This document shows positions 27,051 through 30,757 of a stretch of 30,757 nt of DNA, piece after piece. This DNA is from Azolla caroliniana (taxonomy: Eukaryota > Plantae > Polypodiophyta). The notes under the pieces are model-generated. The model did no database searches, was not told where the DNA came from, and saw only the letters and a program-made list of their open reading frames with translations. The first letter of the stretch is position 1. The number at the start of each line of letters is the position of its first letter. The DNA lies in assembly GCA_043228905.1 (NCBI GenBank), contig JBHGNT010000368.1, positions 1 through 30,757 of the forward strand. The letters are read 5' to 3'. A program made the translations under genes and the position numbers.

Positions 27051-28849
27051 GGACCTTAAAAGCATTTTCAAATTCAATATTGCAACACCACCTAACCATT
27101 TGGGAGTAGCCAAATGGTTCCAAGAAATTCATGTAACTCCCATGTTTCCTCCCTTCCGCCAGAACATGAACGAAAGAGGTTGCTACAATGTTTATAACAC
27201 CTTCTTAATCCGAAGGAGCAATGGTAAAAAAATATAATAGCATGATGGGTATCATGATACATTACACCACTTTGAGTCATACATGAAATGACCATAATCG
27301 AGACTTACAATACATAAATTTGTCCTTCAGTTTACTACAAATCTAGTCAATTAGTTGAACATTTTGCAACATGAACATCAAATGGATACCCAAAATGTCA
27401 ATTAGTTGATGTGTATGTTGAGCATAATCGGTAGCCATTTGAACATTCGTACTTTATGTAATATATTTATGCTTGTAGTAAAACCATATTAAGATGGGTG
27501 AATAAATGGATGTAAGAAATTTTTAAGTTTGTTAGATAATGTCTTTGCAAACACTTTGTACAACCTTCCCATCAATGAAATCGACCTTCATTATTGAAAT
27601 GACTCAGGAAATGTTACCTTGTATCAATTTGATTAGGTCCACTTTCCAACTCTTAGACATGAAACCAGAATCCCTGTTGGACTAAAAGGTCCTACTCCAA
27701 CTCGACCATTGTACATTTAAGTGTGTACTTACCTTGGGGTTAGGGCGAAGCCCACTCATGTATTAATAGGAGGAACTTCCTCCTTGTACAGATGGTGTAG
27801 AATAATACAACGTCTCTTTAACCTAATTACCTGTGTAACTGTCTCTCTCTCTTTCTTTGTGAATACTCTTTGTGCATATTGTATTCTTGATACTACGCAA
27901 GTTCTCACACTTACTCTATGTTTGTTGTTCCTCAACAAGATCAACATACACATTCCTCGTAAGCCTACACAGTCGATCACAGTCGACCAACCGACTATCA
28001 ACAGTAGTCGAGCAGACACCATACTAAGTGTCAACAATCCCAACATGGCTGAAACATTTGTTTGAATGGTCTCTTAAGAATGCAAACATATTTTCTAAAG
28101 ACTTCATTTGTAATATCATCTCAACCAGGACATTTGCCATTTGGAAGATATAAAAAAACCTTTGCCACAACTTCATCAAAATCAACATCTAACTCTTGAC
28201 AAATATTTGTATTCTTAGTACACCTAACTACATTACACAACTCTTGTCTTTCATTCAACACATCCTCATTAATAATCAATTCTAGCCCAATCAAATCATT
28301 AAAATGTGAAATATATACCTCAATACAAGAATCAAATGCCCAACCTCCCATGTCATAACCAAGTCTCATAGCCAATGCATCTCAATACATCATATGGTTA
28401 TGAAAAAAATATTTGTGCACTGGAGTAGTTTCATCATTCTAGAAATATCTAAAAAGTTATAGAAACTTCTAGAGCATGCATGCATATTTTCAAAATATTC
28501 TTTTCATAAGTGTAGTGCTTTGCATACCTGCAATTTTTAATAACATGTGTAAATACGGTTGTAGGTGAACAATAGTAATTACAGAACCATAAGTATAATT
28601 CATTCTTTGTGCCTCAATCTCTTGTATCATGTTTCACATTTTTTTCCCATAAAAATATCTTCCATTGGTATTAAAATTAAAGGAAACTATATACATATAT
28701 TGTGTTGTATCTGTTCAAAACTAATACAACCCCTCCTCGGCATATCCATAGTCTCTATAGCCTCTTTTCAGTGCATTCCATGAGGCGATATTTGAAACCA
28801 TAATTGTGCTAAATGTTTTCTGCACCGTTTCTCCGTTTGAGCATATCTC

Positions 28850-30190
28850 AAAATTAAACTATACCATTCCAAAAAACTTCTTGCTTGTCTTATGGCAAAG
28901 ACTTGTTAAGCTTCAAGCATACTTCTCAATAAAGCACTTGTTTGTGTGACCTCCATGTATTGCGAGGACATTTGAACATGGAAATTGTTCCCTTTCTGTA
29001 TATCTCCCATGTTGCCACATGCTTTCAACATACCAGAAAGTGACATCATATTAGGTAAGAGGCCTTGCACCAGCATTTGAAGATAGAGTTCTGTAGCATC
29101 CTCATTCTTATCATGCTTAGTATAGCCCAATAACATGATAGTCCATTGTACCACATCTCCAACCAACAATAATCCATCAAAAGGCTCTCATGCTTCAATT
29201 ATTGGTTCACATTTACTGTACCAACAAATAGATCTTTTTCAAATCTTTCTTTTGCATTATCACCATGTAATTCCCCTCCTCTTGTTAGAGACACTATGTC
29301 GAAACAAGCTTTCAAGAAGCAAACAAATCAAGCAAATTTCTTCTACTTGCATTTGTTCCAGGCCATAAAACAACTGCTTTTCGAGCCCATAGTCAGTATA
29401 TCCAGATGCAATCACATTCCATTATCAAACTACATTTGATGTACATATCAATCAAAGAGTCCCACAAGCATTTAGGATATGTGACAGTATCTGGGGCAAT
29501 GCCATCATTTTGAATCTGTTTAAAACGGTCCAACTTTGTGGCCTTGACCTTATTTAGCATATTCAGCAATAAGTGTAGTCCAAGAGACAATACTCAAATA
29601 GGAACCTGTTGAAGCACTTTATGAGATTTTACAAACTCTCCATATTTGGCATGCATTGCTAAAAAAAGGAGAGTGTTGTCTCTCTCACTATATCCATGTT
29701 CCACATGTTCTATAGTCACTATATTGCATGAAATTACATCTTTCACAGACCACATGCTTTCAAGATACAAGTAGTCACAATGCATCACTTCTTAACATTT
29801 CAACATCCTTGCCACATTGATAGTGGACTATTTTTGCTTTTCTAATTCACCACATTTAACATACATATCCATCAAACCAAAATAATAGCACACCTTGAGA
29901 CAACATCTCGAACCTGAACCTCCATAAACACTTTATAGGCTTCAATCCAATCTTTGTAGGTGTTGATTCCCATCTGGCTTTGCTTTTAACCATGTTTTGT
30001 GTACCTTCCACTATATGCTTTGAACCATTTTTACATTGACATTAGCCATGACGACGTTTGCTTTATAACAACCTCAAAAAATGTGCTTTGACCCCCACAC
30101 CATCTTCACTCATCCTTATGTCACAAAAAAATTCTTCATTAAGTCCGCATCAACCATGCTGATAACCACCACGTTCCATATGTTGGCATG
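28850..30190 (-). pseudogene. decayed pentatricopeptide-repeat (PLS-like PPR) gene; boundaries approximate
   Basis: Fragments DVVQWTIMLLGYTKH…ATELYLQML…GLLPN…MLKACGNMGDIQKG…H, FKQIQNDGIAPDTVTY, SLIDMYIKC, KDVISCN…EHG in different frames. Confidence 0.8.
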
Positions 30191-30249
30191 TCTACTCAAG
30201 TGCTAGCTTCACTCATCTTTATCCCCCACACCATCTTCACACCATCTTC

Positions 30250-30721
30250 ACATGCTTCAACTCGGAAGACTATACTTGTAAATAGTCCAAATATGCCCTT
30301 ATGGGCTACACTTGTAAATAACCCAAAAGGTGTACTAGTATAAATACTTAGGGCAATAATAATGTGATGATGAGTCATTGTTAAAAGGTACTTAGAAGGT
30401 CATTGCCTCTGTAACTGCATAATAGTAAGTGAGTTAGAGTGAGAGAGTGTGTAACTGTGTAGCCGTCTGTTGACGAAGTAGAATCTCGAGGTCGTTGCCT
30501 CAGAGCTTCTAGTTGTACTCCTTTTACCATAGTGATTCTGTTTCTCGGGGTTTGTGGACCACCATGTTTTTCCCATTTGGGGTTTCCACGTTAAGATCGC
30601 TTGTTTTTGTCTCTTGTGCTATTTCTATTTTTGTACTCTATCTAAGTGCATTCTACTTTACGTTCCCTGCACCTGAACATCCGAACGATAAGCCGGTTGT
30701 GGCCGGTCATGATTCTCGACA
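30250..30721 (+). repeat. 5' LTR of a third Copia (Copia-C), related to the Copia-A LTR; left boundary not resolved
   Basis: Ends ...CGACA before the PBS; shares TAGTATAAATA, TTAGGGCAA, GAGGTCGTTGCCTC, TTTCCACGT, CGGTTGTGGCCG blocks with 2680-3131. Confidence 0.7.
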
Positions 30722-30724
30722 AAG

Positions 30725-30736
30725 TGGTATCAGAGC
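30725..30736 (+). other. primer-binding site, initiator tRNA-Met
   Basis: TGGTATCAGAGC; probable gag ATG at 30751. Confidence 0.92.
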
Positions 30737-30757
30737 GAACAACACAGGAAATGGAAG

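Noticed and set aside
27300-28800. Short ORFs possibly from an old DNA transposon or gene
   Set aside because: No recognisable motif; cannot support a call without a homology search
30092-30240. 18-nt direct repeat CCCCCACACCATCTTCAC (30092 and 30223) as a TSD or LTR boundary
   Set aside because: Too long for an LTR TSD and no element recognisable between the copies; likely local duplication

Overview
Plant (probably non-seed plant/fern-like; inference) heterochromatin-type window made almost entirely of nested retrotransposons. Junction order read from the sequence: an old L1-type LINE (minus, ~20605-25820) was interrupted by Copia-B (16172-20604). Copia-B was interrupted in gag by a minus-strand tRNA-Trp-primed Gypsy-A1 (3132-16171). 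Gypsy-A1 received both Copia-A (1798-3131, itself interrupted by a second Gypsy-A family copy whose 3' LTR is 1071-1797) and a very young, intact Gypsy-B (4219-14347; 371-bp LTRs with one mismatch, GCACT target-site duplication). Gypsy-B has a complete single gag-pol ORF plus a second intact 971-aa sense ORF, which is non-env and coiled-coil rich. This ORF appears to have its own internal promoter (43-bp repeat array, TATA, Inr). There is no polypurine tract before the Gypsy-B 3' LTR, but a PPT-like G-tract followed by TGTACA sits just upstream of that promoter. Both Gypsy-A LTRs carry a conserved antisense tRNA-like Pol III unit (A box, B box, T-run) and covarying hairpins. The right end holds a degraded LINE relic, a decayed PPR gene and the 5' LTR/PBS of a third Copia.
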